NCBI GenBank assembly: GCA_965225945.1 | Contig: CBDDBZ010000036.1 | Coordinates: forward strand, 64,001-128,000 | Reading direction: 5' to 3' | Length of the DNA: 64,000 nucleotides | Source of the DNA: Alphaproteobacteria bacterium | GTDB lineage: Bacteria; Pseudomonadota; Alphaproteobacteria; GCA-2731375 | Part shown: positions 50,920 to 60,719 of the stretch, in pieces | Layout of the letters: the number at the start of each line of letters is the position of its first letter | Position numbering within the stretch: position 1 is the stretch's first letter | Made by a program: the position numbers and the translations under genes | Notes under the pieces: model-generated | What the model saw: the letters and a program-made list of their open reading frames with translations, nothing else | Database searches by the model: none | What the model was told of the DNA's origin: nothing

Positions 50920-53846
50920 CTAATCCTCGGCCGGAACCGCGAAGCCCCGGGGTGGGCGGCCCGCCGCGTGACGCTCCCACATGGTCTCGTAGGCGCGCTC
51001 CAGGTGGCGGGTCAGGCGGGCGATGTCGAAGAGGGGCCGGGTCGCCCGGTTGGCCAGCAGGCGGCGCCGCACGTCGGCGAGGCGCGCCGGGTCGGTGGCC
51101 AGCGCGAGGGCGGCGGCCTCGAACGTCGCCAAGTCCTCGCACACCAGCTCGGCCATGTCGATCGCGTGCAGCAGGCTCGCGCCGTTGCGCGATTGCGGCG
51201 TGGCGCCGGCGATGGTGAGCACCGGCAGGCCGACCCAGAGCGCGTCGACCGTGGTGACGCCGCCGCCGTGATAGAGGTTGTCGAGCGCCAGGTCGGCGAG
51301 GCGCAGCCGGGCCAGATGCTCACCGTGCGGCCAGTTGGGGGCGAGCACGATTCGGCCCGGCGCGATACCCCGCGCCGTCGCCTCGCGAAGCAGGTTATCG
51401 GTGCTGCGCGCCGTCCCCTGCTTCAGCCAGTAGACGCTGCCGGGAAGGCGCTTCAGCAGGCGCATGACGAGCCCGAACATGCGCGGTTCGTGCTTGTAGT
51501 GCTTGTTGAAGTTGGCGAAGACGAAGCCGTCCTCGGGCAGACCGAGGTCGGCGCGGGAGAGCGGCCGCTCGGAAATCTCGGCCGGCCGGGCCGCCATGAA
51601 GGCATCGGGAAGCTGGATCAAGGCCTCGGTGAAATGTGCCTCGGCGCCGGGCGAGAGCTGCCGGGCGTCGGTGATCAGATAGTCGATGTGCGCGCGCCGA
51701 TAGTCGCCGAATAGCCCAAATAGTGCGCCGCCAGCGGCGCCGGGCGGAGCGCGAAGAGCTCCAGCCGGGTGCCCCGCGTGTGGCCCGCGAGGTCGATCAG
51801 GATATCCACTTCCCGGGCGGCGACGAGTTCGGCCGCGCCCTGGTGCGTCAGGGCCGCGATGTCGTCGAAGGTGTCGAAGCCGCGGCGGAAATACTCGGTC
51901 ATCGAATCCGGCCGGCCGCCGTTCAGCGCGTAGGCGTGCAAGGCGAAGCGGTCGCGGTCGTGATGCTCGACGATGCCCTGGAAGGCGACGGCGACGCTGT
52001 GGGCGCGAAAGTCGGGCGAGACGTAGCCGATCCGGAGCTTTTCGCCCCGCGTCCCCCTGGCGCGTCGCCCCGGCATCGCGGCGCCGACCGCCAGCGCGAC
52101 GTTTTCGCTGATGCGTTCGGCGACTCGGCGCCGCAGCGCCATCGGGATCTCGACCGGCAAGCTTTGCAAAGCGAAGGGCGTGAAGGAGACCTTGCCGACC
52201 GCCTCGAGCTGGTTTTCGGTGATCGTGCGGACTTTTGCCAAGATGGCGTCGAGGTTTTCCCAATCGCATTGCTGCATCTGTGCATGCAGCAGATAGGGGT
52301 AGATGTCGGGGCAGCCCTCGTCCTGGGTCAAGCCCTGGCGCAGGACGACGATCGATTCGTCCCAGCGCTCCAGGCTCTGCAACAGACCGCCCAGGTTGAA
52401 GTAGACCTCGGCCCGCTCGGGTTGGAGTTCCAGGAAGTCGCCATAGGCCGCGACCGCCTCGCCGTAGCGGCCGAGCCTTTGCAGCGAGATCGCCTTGTTG
52501 TTGATGGCGTCGCCGAAATTGGCGTCGATCGCCAGCGCGGCCTCGAAATGAACCAGGGCGGCCTCGTGATCGTTCCGACTCTGGGCCACGACACCGAGCC
52601 CGTTGAAGGCCTCCAGGCATTCGGGCGTCGCGGCGAGTACCGCTTGAAATTCGGCCGTCGCTTCCTCCAGGCGGCCGAGCACGCGCAAGCCATGGGCGAG
52701 GTTGTAGCGGGCGACGAGGAGTTCGGGACGGCATGCCAGCACGCGGCGATAGACCTCGATCGCCTCGTCATGACGACCGAGGCCGCAGAGACAGTTCCCT
52801 CGGGTGACCAACGCTTCGGCGAAGTCCGGCGCCGCCGCCAGCAGCTCCTCGACGAGCGTCAGCGCCTCGGCGTTGCGGCCGAGTTCCTGCAAAGCGCTCG
52901 CCAGACCCTGGCGGATCTCGGGCGAGGCGGGCGCGCGACCAAGTGCGGTCTCGTAGTGCGCGAGTGCCGCCCGACCCTCCCCCGAGCGCTGCAAGGCTTG
53001 CGCCAGAAGGTAGGCATCGGCTGCCTCGCCACCCCCGCGCGCGACCGTTTCGCGCGCGATTTCGAGGGCGTCGCCCGGACGGCCGAGATCGAGATGGAGC
53101 TGCGTCAATTCCCGCCGGGCCGGCAAGCAACCGGGCTCGCGCGCCACGGCCTCCAGCAACAGTTCCTCCTCGACCTCGCGCGCGCCCCGTAAGCGTGCCA
53201 GCCGGGCGCGCTCGACGGCGGCCTCGATCAGGCCGGGACGCATTTCCTCCAACCGCGCGAGCGTCGCCTCGGCTTGGTCGATCTCGCCCGTCAGCCGGTG
53301 GAGGATCACGAGGTTCAGGTGCACGCCCGGATCCTCCGGCAACAGCTCCACCGCGGTCGCGGCGTGGAACATCGCCTCGGAGGATTGACCGAGATCATGC
53401 AGGAGGGCGGCGAGATTGGCGTGCGCCTGGGCGAACAAGGGATCGATGTCGAGGGCTTGGCGATACTGCGCGAGGGCCTCGTCGATGTGTTGGCGGCGAA
53501 CCATCAGCATCGCCAGGTTGGCCCACGCCGTGGCCAGGTCCGCGTCGAGCTCCAAGGCTCGGCGATAGGCCCGCTCGGCCTCCTCGTCGCGGCCCTGGCG
53601 TTGGAAGATGTTGGCCATGTTGGCGTGGATTTGCGCATCGTCCGGCGCCACATCGAGGGCGCGGAGATAGAACTGCTCGGCGCTCGCGAGGTCGTCCCGC
53701 GCGGCGTGCAAGACCGCGAGGTTGAAGAGCGCCTCGAGCCATTCGCCATCTCCGAGCGCGCGGACATAGAGGGCCTCAGCCTCGACCAAGTGGCCGGATC
53801 GATGCGCGGCCAAGCCCTCGCGCAAGGCGTCTCGGGGTTCCATCAT
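50920..53846 (-). pseudogene. TPR + O-GlcNAc-transferase-like (GT41/SPINDLY) protein, 1-bp frameshift near 51692
   Basis: Many TPRs, RIGYVSPDFRAHSV, DILIDLAGHT, HYLGY; second frame IDYLITD, NFNKHYK, DALWVGLPVLT. Confidence 0.9.
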
Positions 53847-53882
53847 GTCCGGCAGTTAAGGCGCGCGGCGTTTATTTTTGAT

Positions 53883-54907
53883 GGCTCAATTCGTGAATTG
53901 TATGCGTCACCTTGTTACGGCGGCGGCGAGGCAGGCTCGGTCATTGGCGCCGGGGGCGAGGCCGACGAGGTGGAACCAGCTCAGGTAGTTGTCCAGATAG
54001 CGGGTGGCGATGCCGCGGCGGGGACGCAGGAAGTCCTTCAACCGGCTGTGGCGGCTGTTCACCGTCTGCACATGCAGATCGCCCCGAACCCGTTCCCCCA
54101 TCGAGCGGTTGAGTGCTTCGTGGCTCACCCCGAGCGCGGCGGCGCACGGTGGGTAGCTCGCGCCGCCGTCGGAGACCAGCAGGGCGTCCTTCGCGACCAC
54201 CGGGTCGAGGGCAGCCGTGAGCGCCGCCGCATCGACCCTGGGCAGCACCGCGCTGACCGTCGTTCCGCTCCGGTCCGCCGCCATGAGAACCGGTACCTGC
54301 TCGCGCGAGAGGCCGCGCTTCTTCGCCTTGCCGCCCCGCCGCCGTGCCTTGCGCCCCAGCCCGCGCGCGCCCTTCCGGCTCTCCAGGACGTAGGTCTCGT
54401 CCGCTTCCACGATCCCCTTGAGCACCTCCGAATCGCTCCGCGCCGCCGCCAGAAACCGGTGACGCCAGCGGAACGCCGTGCTCACCGCCACGTCGCAGCG
54501 CGCCGCCGAGGCCTTCACCGTCTCCCCCTTCGCCAGCGACGCCCCGAACGACAGCCAGCGTTCCTTGTGGTGCAAGCCCGACAGCGGCGTACCGCTCAGC
54601 GCGTTGAAGGTCCTGCCGCAGCCCTTGCACTGGTAGCGCCGCAGACCCCGCGCCATACCGCCCGAAACCGCCCCCTCGCTCGAGCAGTGCGGACAGCGCC
54701 GGGCCTCGTCCACACCAAGCTCGATCGCGGCCTTCGATGCCTCGCCCTCGCTCCGGCCCGACAGCACCGCGAGCGCCTCGCGCCGCTGCGCGCGCGTCAG
54801 CCCGCGCGCCGCCGAAAGCCACACCTGGAAACCCTTACCGTCCATAACCCAACCTCCTGACGTTCCAGGCACTCTATCACTAATGCATACAATTCACGAA
54901 TTGAGCC
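53883..54907 (-). mobile_element. IS1595 copy 3
   Basis: Same TIRs; TSD TTTTTGAT; a few SNPs. Confidence 0.95.
53907..54845 (-). CDS. IS1595-family transposase
   Basis: Near-identical to 2161-3099. Confidence 0.93.
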   Translation of the reverse strand: MDGKGFQVWLSAARGLTRAQRREALAVLSGRSEGEASKAAIELGVDEARRCPHCSSEGAVSGGMARGLRRYQCKGCGRTFNALSGTPLSGLHHKERWLSFGASLAKGETVKASAARCDVAVSTAFRWRHRFLAAARSDSEVLKGIVEADETYVLESRKGARGLGRKARRRGGKAKKRGLSREQVPVLMAADRSGTTVSAVLPRVDAAALTAALDPVVAKDALLVSDGGASYPPCAAALGVSHEALNRSMGERVRGDLHVQTVNSRHSRLKDFLRPRRGIATRYLDNYLSWFHLVGLAPGANDRACLAAAVTR

Positions 54908-54924
54908 TTTTTGATTAAGCACGA

Positions 54925-54939
54925 CGGCGTCTTTTGCCG
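54925..54939. promoter_or_regulatory. Possible ftr-like (FlbD) enhancer
   Basis: CGGCAAAAGACGCCG on the minus strand, a CGGC-N7-GCCG dyad. Confidence 0.4.
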
Positions 54940-55019
54940 CCCCCGCTCGGCAAGCCTTGCACCATCGCTCGACCGGTGAGGGCCGACGGGCGGCGCCAAC
55001 ATGATGCGTCATTTTGAAA

Positions 55020-56044
55020 GGCTCAATTCGTGAATTGTATGCGTCACCTTGTTACGGCGGCGGCGAGGCAGGCTCGGTCATTGGCGCCGGGGGCGAGGCC
55101 GACGAGGTGGAACCAGCTCAGGTAGTTGTCCAGATAGCGGGTGGCGATGCCGCGGCGGGGACGCAGGAAGTCCTTCAACCGGCTGTGGCGGCTGTTCACC
55201 GTCTGCACATGCAGATCGCCCCGAACCCGTTCCCCCATCGAGCGGTTGAGTGCTTCGTGGCTCACCCCGAGCGCGGCGGCGCACGGTGGGTAGCTCGCGC
55301 CGCCGTCGGAGACCAGCAGGGCGTCCTTCGCGACCACCGGGTCGAGGGCAGCCGTGAGCGCCGCCGCATCGACCCTGGGCAGCACCGCGCTGACCGTCGT
55401 TCCGCTCCGGTCCGCCGCCATGAGAACCGGTACCTGCTCGCGCGAGAGGCCGCGCTTCTTCGCCTTGCCGCCCCGCCGCCGTGCCTTGCGCCCCAGCCCG
55501 CGCGCGCCCTTCCGGCTCTCCAGGACGTAGGTCTCGTCCGCTTCCACGATCCCCTTGAGCACCTCCGAATCGCTCCGCGCCGCCGCCAGAAACCGGTGAC
55601 GCCAGCGGAACGCCGTGCTCACCGCCACGTCGCAGCGCGCCGCCGAGGCCTTCACCGTCTCCCCCTTCGCCAGCGACGCCCCGAACGACAGCCAGCGTTC
55701 CTTGTGGTGCAAGCCCGACAGCGGCGTACCGCTCAGCGCGTTGAAGGTCCTGCCGCAGCCCTTGCACTGGTAGCGCCGCAGACCCCGCGCCATACCGCGC
55801 GAAACCGCCCCTTCGCTCGCGCAGTGCGGACAGCGCCGGGCCTCGTCCACACCAAGCTCGATCGCGGCCTTCGATGCCTCGCCCTCGCTCCGGCCCGACA
55901 GCACCGCGAGCGCCTCGCGCCGCTGCGCGCGCGTCAGCCCGCGCGCCGCCGAAAGCCACACCTGGAAACCCTTGCCGTCCATAACCCAACCTCCTGACGT
56001 TCCAGGCACTCTATCACTAATGCATACAATTCACGAATTGAGCC
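55020..56044 (-). mobile_element. IS1595 copy 4
   Basis: Same TIRs, 1025 bp. Confidence 0.95.
55044..55982 (-). CDS. IS1595-family transposase
   Basis: Same protein as copy 1. Confidence 0.93.
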   Translation of the reverse strand: MDGKGFQVWLSAARGLTRAQRREALAVLSGRSEGEASKAAIELGVDEARRCPHCASEGAVSRGMARGLRRYQCKGCGRTFNALSGTPLSGLHHKERWLSFGASLAKGETVKASAARCDVAVSTAFRWRHRFLAAARSDSEVLKGIVEADETYVLESRKGARGLGRKARRRGGKAKKRGLSREQVPVLMAADRSGTTVSAVLPRVDAAALTAALDPVVAKDALLVSDGGASYPPCAAALGVSHEALNRSMGERVRGDLHVQTVNSRHSRLKDFLRPRRGIATRYLDNYLSWFHLVGLAPGANDRACLAAAVTR

Positions 56045-56144
56045 TTTTTCATAGCTCGGGCGCACCGCCGGCGTTAACGTATAGGCGCAACGGACGCCGC
56101 TCCTCTCCTTCGGGCGATGGCGGGTTGGAAAGACCGACGATAAG

Positions 56145-57212
56145 ATGGCGACCGAGGGAAAATCCGGGCTCAAGACCACGACGATCGGGTCCTATCCCAA
56201 ACCGGATTACGCGACCGTCGCCGGCTGGTTCGAGCTCCGCGACCTGCACCGGCGGAGTCCGACCCGGACATACTCCGCCTTGCTGCGCGACCGGTCGGAC
56301 GACGACGAGGAATTGCTCCACCAAGCGACGCGAGAGGTCGTGCGGGAGCAGGCCGAGATTGGGATCGATATTCCAACCGACGGTGAAGTCCACCGCGAGC
56401 ATTACATCTATTACCATCTGCGCCATATCGAGGGTTTCGACTTCGACAATCTGACGGTCGCGACCATGCGCAACGGGAACTGGAAGGCGGAGGTGCCGAC
56501 CGTCGTCGCGCCGTTGCAGGTCGGCCCACCCTTCCTTCCACGAGATTGGCGTATCGCCCAGTCGTCGACCGATCGCCCGGTCAAGATCACCGTGCCGGGT
56601 CCCTTGACGATTATCGATTCGACGACGAACGCGTTCTACGCGAGCGTGCAAGACCTTGCGTTCGCCCTGGCCGACGTGCTCGCGGTCGAAATCGGCCGTT
56701 TGGGCGACGCCGGCTGTCAGTGGATTCAGCTCGACGAGCCGCTCTTCGCGCGTAACCCCGACAAGGCGCTCGCCTACGGCATGGAAGCGCTCGAGCGTTG
56801 CTTCGCCAAGGCGCCGGCGGGGCTGGGCAAGATCGTACACATTTGTTGCGGCTACCCCTCGGAGCTGGATCTGGCGGCGTATTCGAAGGCCGATCCACGG
56901 GCTTACTTCGACCTCGCCGCGGCTATCGAGCAAAGCAGTGTGGACGCCGTGTCGCTCGAGGACGCGCATCGGCACAACGAACTCGCCCTGCTCGAGCAGT
57001 TTGCCCTGACCTCGATTATCTTGGGCGTCGTCGACATCGCCCGAACGCGTGTGGAGACCGTCGATGAGATCCGCGCACGGCTGATTGCCGCGTTGAACCA
57101 TGTTGATTACGACCGCCTAATTGCCGCACCCGACTGCGGGCTGATCATGCTTGATCGCCAGACGGCCGTCGCGAAGCTGCGAAACCTGGTTGCGGCGGCA
57201 CGGTCCGTGTGA
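56145..57212 (+). CDS. Cobalamin-independent methionine synthase II family (single-barrel MetE-like)
   Basis: TTIGSYPKP, PTDGE, IQLDEP, VHICCGY, APDCGL. Confidence 0.9.
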   Translation: MATEGKSGLKTTTIGSYPKPDYATVAGWFELRDLHRRSPTRTYSALLRDRSDDDEELLHQATREVVREQAEIGIDIPTDGEVHREHYIYYHLRHIEGFDFDNLTVATMRNGNWKAEVPTVVAPLQVGPPFLPRDWRIAQSSTDRPVKITVPGPLTIIDSTTNAFYASVQDLAFALADVLAVEIGRLGDAGCQWIQLDEPLFARNPDKALAYGMEALERCFAKAPAGLGKIVHICCGYPSELDLAAYSKADPRAYFDLAAAIEQSSVDAVSLEDAHRHNELALLEQFALTSIILGVVDIARTRVETVDEIRARLIAALNHVDYDRLIAAPDCGLIMLDRQTAVAKLRNLVAAARSV

Positions 57213-57509
57213 GCCCGACGGCAGGTCAACCCTGATGCGACGTTTGGGATCGATCCCGTGAGCGATCGATCAGGAGAGGTTCGAGGCGACGATCGCAGCT
57301 TTCGTCGGCGTTTCTGTCCATCGGCGAATCACCGAGTTCCCTGTCAAAAAGTCCATCAATTCGCTTCACGTGTACTTTTTAACATTCTCGGAACTGCGAA
57401 AATGCGAAAATGCGGCTTGGGACGGCCCGGTGGCCCTCCGAGGCTGGCCGAAGATCCGCAAGATTTCCGCTTCGGGCCCGCGCGCGGTGGCGGAGGGCAC
57501 GGTGTCGGC

Positions 57510-58190
57510 TCAGAGCTTGCGCCACACGGTCGCCAGCCACATCTGCTGGTCCCGCGGCAATCCCGGCGGCCGATAGTAATGGGTCACCTCGAGAAAACCG
57601 GCGTCTCGCACCAGGGCTCGCCAGGTCCTGAGATCGAAAAAGCAACCGTAGCGGTCGCCGCTCCACCCTTCCTCGTTGCGGCCCCTGGGATTCGAGCTGA
57701 ACAACACCCCCCGCGGCTTGAGCGCCGCCCTGAGTTCGCCGAGCACGCGCGGGAGTTCCTGGCTCGGCACATGGAAGAGCGCGGCGTTGGCGAAGATGCC
57801 GTCGAAGCGGCGCTCGGGTAAATCCAAGGCCAGAAATTCCTGGTGGAACACCTCGCACCCGGAATGGGCGCGGGCCATGGTGACAAGTACCGCCGACCCA
57901 TCGAGGCCGACGGCCTCGTGGCCGAGCGAGCGGAAGTGTTCAAGGTCGCGACCGGGGCCGCAGCCAAAATCGAGGATGGCGTAGGGGGAGGAGTCGCTCT
58001 CGATGGCGTTCAACATCGCAGCGTAGTTCTGGCCCACGTCGTGGTCGCGGGTCCCTTTCCAATAGGACTCCGCCAGGCGGTCGTTGTGCCGGATGGTGAT
58101 CTGCGAGATCTGACGGAGTTCGCCGGTGCCCAGTCTTCGGTGGTGGAATTTTATGGCCGGCTCGATAGTCGCCACCCTAGTGGATTTCAT
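57510..58190 (-). CDS. Class I SAM-dependent methyltransferase
   Basis: ILDFGCGPGRD, FDGIFANA.LFH, LKPRG. Confidence 0.9.
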   Translation of the reverse strand: MKSTRVATIEPAIKFHHRRLGTGELRQISQITIRHNDRLAESYWKGTRDHDVGQNYAAMLNAIESDSSPYAILDFGCGPGRDLEHFRSLGHEAVGLDGSAVLVTMARAHSGCEVFHQEFLALDLPERRFDGIFANAALFHVPSQELPRVLGELRAALKPRGVLFSSNPRGRNEEGWSGDRYGCFFDLRTWRALVRDAGFLEVTHYYRPPGLPRDQQMWLATVWRKL

Positions 58191-58261
58191 CCACTAGCAC
58201 TGCGTTTTCATGACGCGATGCCCAGTCCGCTTCCATGGGGTGGCTGCATCCGACCACAGCG

Positions 58262-58404
58262 ACGGCGAGTCTGGCAATCCCCAGGGATGGCCGGAGGGGT
58301 CGAAAAACAGACTGGCGACGGAGTTCCTCGACGCGCTCGCGGAGGACTTCGCCGCTCATGGCCGGGAGGCGCTACGAGCCATGCGGGAAATCTGTGCCTC
58401 CTGA
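58262..58404 (+). pseudogene. DUF5681-like phage gene remnant
   Basis: GESGNPQGWPEGSKNRL..FLDAL.EDF..HG. Confidence 0.5.
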
Positions 58405-58496
58405 AAACCGTGTTGGCCGCAAAACCGTGGCTTTTCGGAACTGGCCTGGATACCGTCCTCGTCATGTATCCTGCCATCGAATCTGTTTGCCCCGCT

Positions 58497-58571
58497 CACG
58501 CGGGCGGGGCCGGTGACGTCGGCCAGGGCGACGGCGGGGTGGAGCGTGAGCACGAGTGCCAGGCGGAGCAT
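58497..58571 (-). pseudogene. Possible thermonuclease N-terminal remnant
   Basis: MLRLALVLTLHPAVALADVTGPARV, breaking where IDGD would follow. Confidence 0.3.
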
Positions 58572-58709
58572 GGTGGAGAGTATAGTAGAGCAGGGCTGGC
58601 GCGCTGCGATCGCGCCGGTCCTGGAATACATGCGGGTCCCGGGACTGCTGAAATCGGCGAGTTCCGGCGCCGCTTTGGCGTGGCGCATACGTGTCCTGGG
58701 TTTTTTTAA

Positions 58710-59734
58710 GGCTCAATTCGTGAATTGTATGCGTCACCTTGTTACGGCGGCGGCGAGGCAGGCTCGGTCATTGGCGCCGGGGGCGAGGCCGACGAGGTGG
58801 AACCAGCTCAGGTAGTTGTCCAGATAGCGGGTGGCGATGCCGCGGCGGGGACGCAGGAAGTCCTTCAACCGGCTGTGGCGGCTGTTCACCGTCTGCACAT
58901 GCAGATCGCCCCGAACCCGTTCCCCCATCGAGCGGTTGAGTGCTTCGTGGCTCACCCCGAGCGCGGCGGCGCACGGTGGGTAGCTCGCGCCGCCGTCGGA
59001 GACCAGCAGGGCGTCCTTCGCGACCACCGGGTCGAGGGCAGCCGTGAGCGCCGCCGCATCGACCCTGGGCAGCACCGCGCTGACCGTCGTTCCGCTCCGG
59101 TCCGCCGCCATGAGAACCGGTACCTGCTCGCGCGAGAGGCCGCGCTTCTTCGCCTTGCCGCCCCGCCGCCGTGCCTTGCGCCCCAGCCCGCGCGCGCCCT
59201 TCCGGCTCTCCAGGACGTAGGTCTCGTCCGCTTCCACGATCCCCTTGAGCACCTCCGAATCGCTCCGCGCCGCCGCCAGAAACCGGTGACGCCAGCGGAA
59301 CGCCGTGCTCACCGCCACGTCGCAGCGCGCCGCCGAGGCCTTCACCGTCTCCCCCTTCGCCAGCGACGCCCCGAACGACAGCCAGCGTTCCTTGTGGTGC
59401 AAGCCCGACAGCGGCGTACCGCTCAGCGCGTTGAAGGTCCTGCCGCAGCCCTTGCACTGGTAGCGCCGCAGACCCCGCGCCATACCGCGCGAAACCGCCC
59501 CTTCGCTCGCGCAGTGCGGACAGCGCCGGGCCTCGTCCACACCAAGCTCGATCGCGGCCTTCGATGCCTCGCCCTCGCTCCGGCCCGACAGCACCGCGAG
59601 CGCCTCGCGCCGCTGCGCGCGCGTCAGCCCGCGCGCCGCCGAAAGCCACACCTGGAAACCCTTGCCGTCCATAACCCAACCTCCTGACGTTCCAGGCACT
59701 CTATCACTAATGCATACAATTCACGAATTGAGCC
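58710..59734 (-). mobile_element. IS1595 copy 5
   Basis: Same TIRs, 1025 bp. Confidence 0.95.
58734..59672 (-). CDS. IS1595-family transposase
   Basis: Same protein as copy 1. Confidence 0.93.
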   Translation of the reverse strand: MDGKGFQVWLSAARGLTRAQRREALAVLSGRSEGEASKAAIELGVDEARRCPHCASEGAVSRGMARGLRRYQCKGCGRTFNALSGTPLSGLHHKERWLSFGASLAKGETVKASAARCDVAVSTAFRWRHRFLAAARSDSEVLKGIVEADETYVLESRKGARGLGRKARRRGGKAKKRGLSREQVPVLMAADRSGTTVSAVLPRVDAAALTAALDPVVAKDALLVSDGGASYPPCAAALGVSHEALNRSMGERVRGDLHVQTVNSRHSRLKDFLRPRRGIATRYLDNYLSWFHLVGLAPGANDRACLAAAVTR

Positions 59735-59794
59735 TTTTGAAATTCCGTCGTAAAGACAAAAGGGTAGACGAAATCGACCGGGACGTCGGTTGGT

Positions 59795-59810
59795 TTGGCA
59801 TGGCCCTTGC
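59795..59810 (+). promoter_or_regulatory. Sigma54 (-24/-12) promoter of flagellin
   Basis: TTGGCATGGCCCTTGC with exact GG-N10-GC spacing. Confidence 0.8.
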
Positions 59811-59882
59811 GCAAATAGCCGCAGGCAAGAAGGCCAGCCGAGGTCGAAGTGGCGTCGGCGCGAACGGCAAGGAGAGAAGACA

Positions 59883-60719
59883 ATGCCTCTGTCGGTAAAT
59901 ACCAACCTTGGAGCGATGGTCGCGCTCCAGAACCTGAACATGACCAACAAACAGCTCGAGAGGACCCAGCTCAACATCACCACGGGTCTCAAGATCAACG
60001 GGCCGAAGGACGATGCCTCGACCTATGCCATCGCGCAAAACATGCGCGGCGAGGTCTCCGGCTGGCGCTCGGTGGGCACCTCGCTGGCGACCGGCGAGAG
60101 CATCGTCAACGTCGCCATCGAGGCCGGCAAGTCGATCTCCGACATGCTGATCGAGATGAAGGCCAAGGTGGTGCAGGCAAACCAGGCCGGGCTCGACAGT
60201 GCCTCGCGCAGCGCCATCCACAACGACTTCGCAGCACTTCGCGATCAGATCACGTCGATCGTGCTGACGGCGGAGTTCAACGGCTCCAACTTGATTCAGG
60301 CGAGCTCGGCGAACTTGAGCGTGCTCAGCACCGTCGATGGCAGCACCATTGTCGTCAGCGCGCAGGCCATGGACTCCTCCACCCTCGGCATTGCCTCTCT
60401 CTACCTCGCGACGTCGGCCGGCGCGCTCTCGGCGCTCACGGTGATCGACACCGCGATCACGACGATGAACCAGAAGCTCGCCAACCTCGGCTCGGTCGGC
60501 AAGCGACTCGAGGTGCAGACCGAATTCTCGATCAAGCTGGTCGACATCCTGAAGGCCGGTATCGGCAGCCTGGTGGACGCCGATCTCGCCGCGGAAAGCG
60601 CGCAACTGCAGGCCCTGCAGATCAAGCAGCAGTTGGGCGTGCAGGCCTTGGCCATCGCCAACGCGGCGCCGCAGCTGATTTTAAGTCTTTTTACATGGTA
60701 CACGACGGCATTTACGTAG
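59883..60719 (+). CDS. Flagellin (278 aa; last 8 residues encoded by the IS4 end)
   Basis: SVNTN.GA..ALQNL, TGLKIN..KDD, LVDADLA.ESA, QAL.IANAAPQ.ILSLF. Confidence 0.96.
   Translation: MPLSVNTNLGAMVALQNLNMTNKQLERTQLNITTGLKINGPKDDASTYAIAQNMRGEVSGWRSVGTSLATGESIVNVAIEAGKSISDMLIEMKAKVVQANQAGLDSASRSAIHNDFAALRDQITSIVLTAEFNGSNLIQASSANLSVLSTVDGSTIVVSAQAMDSSTLGIASLYLATSAGALSALTVIDTAITTMNQKLANLGSVGKRLEVQTEFSIKLVDILKAGIGSLVDADLAAESAQLQALQIKQQLGVQALAIANAAPQLILSLFTWYTTAFT

Larger units (their letters stand above)
55020..59734 (-). mobile_element. IS1595 composite transposon (copies 4 and 5 plus 2.7-kb cargo)
   Basis: Outer TSD TTTTGAAA at 55012-55019 and 59735-59742; inner flanks differ. Confidence 0.88.

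Noticed and set aside
51675-51700. Programmed frameshift in the GT41 gene
   Set aside because: No slippery heptamer; a single missing base in a GC run explains it
50920-53846. Naming the TPR glycosyltransferase flmG
   Set aside because: Catalytic motifs are GT41/OGT type; orthology cannot be shown by eye
56145-57212. Calling the cargo gene metE
   Set aside because: Only the catalytic half is present and the function of this subfamily varies
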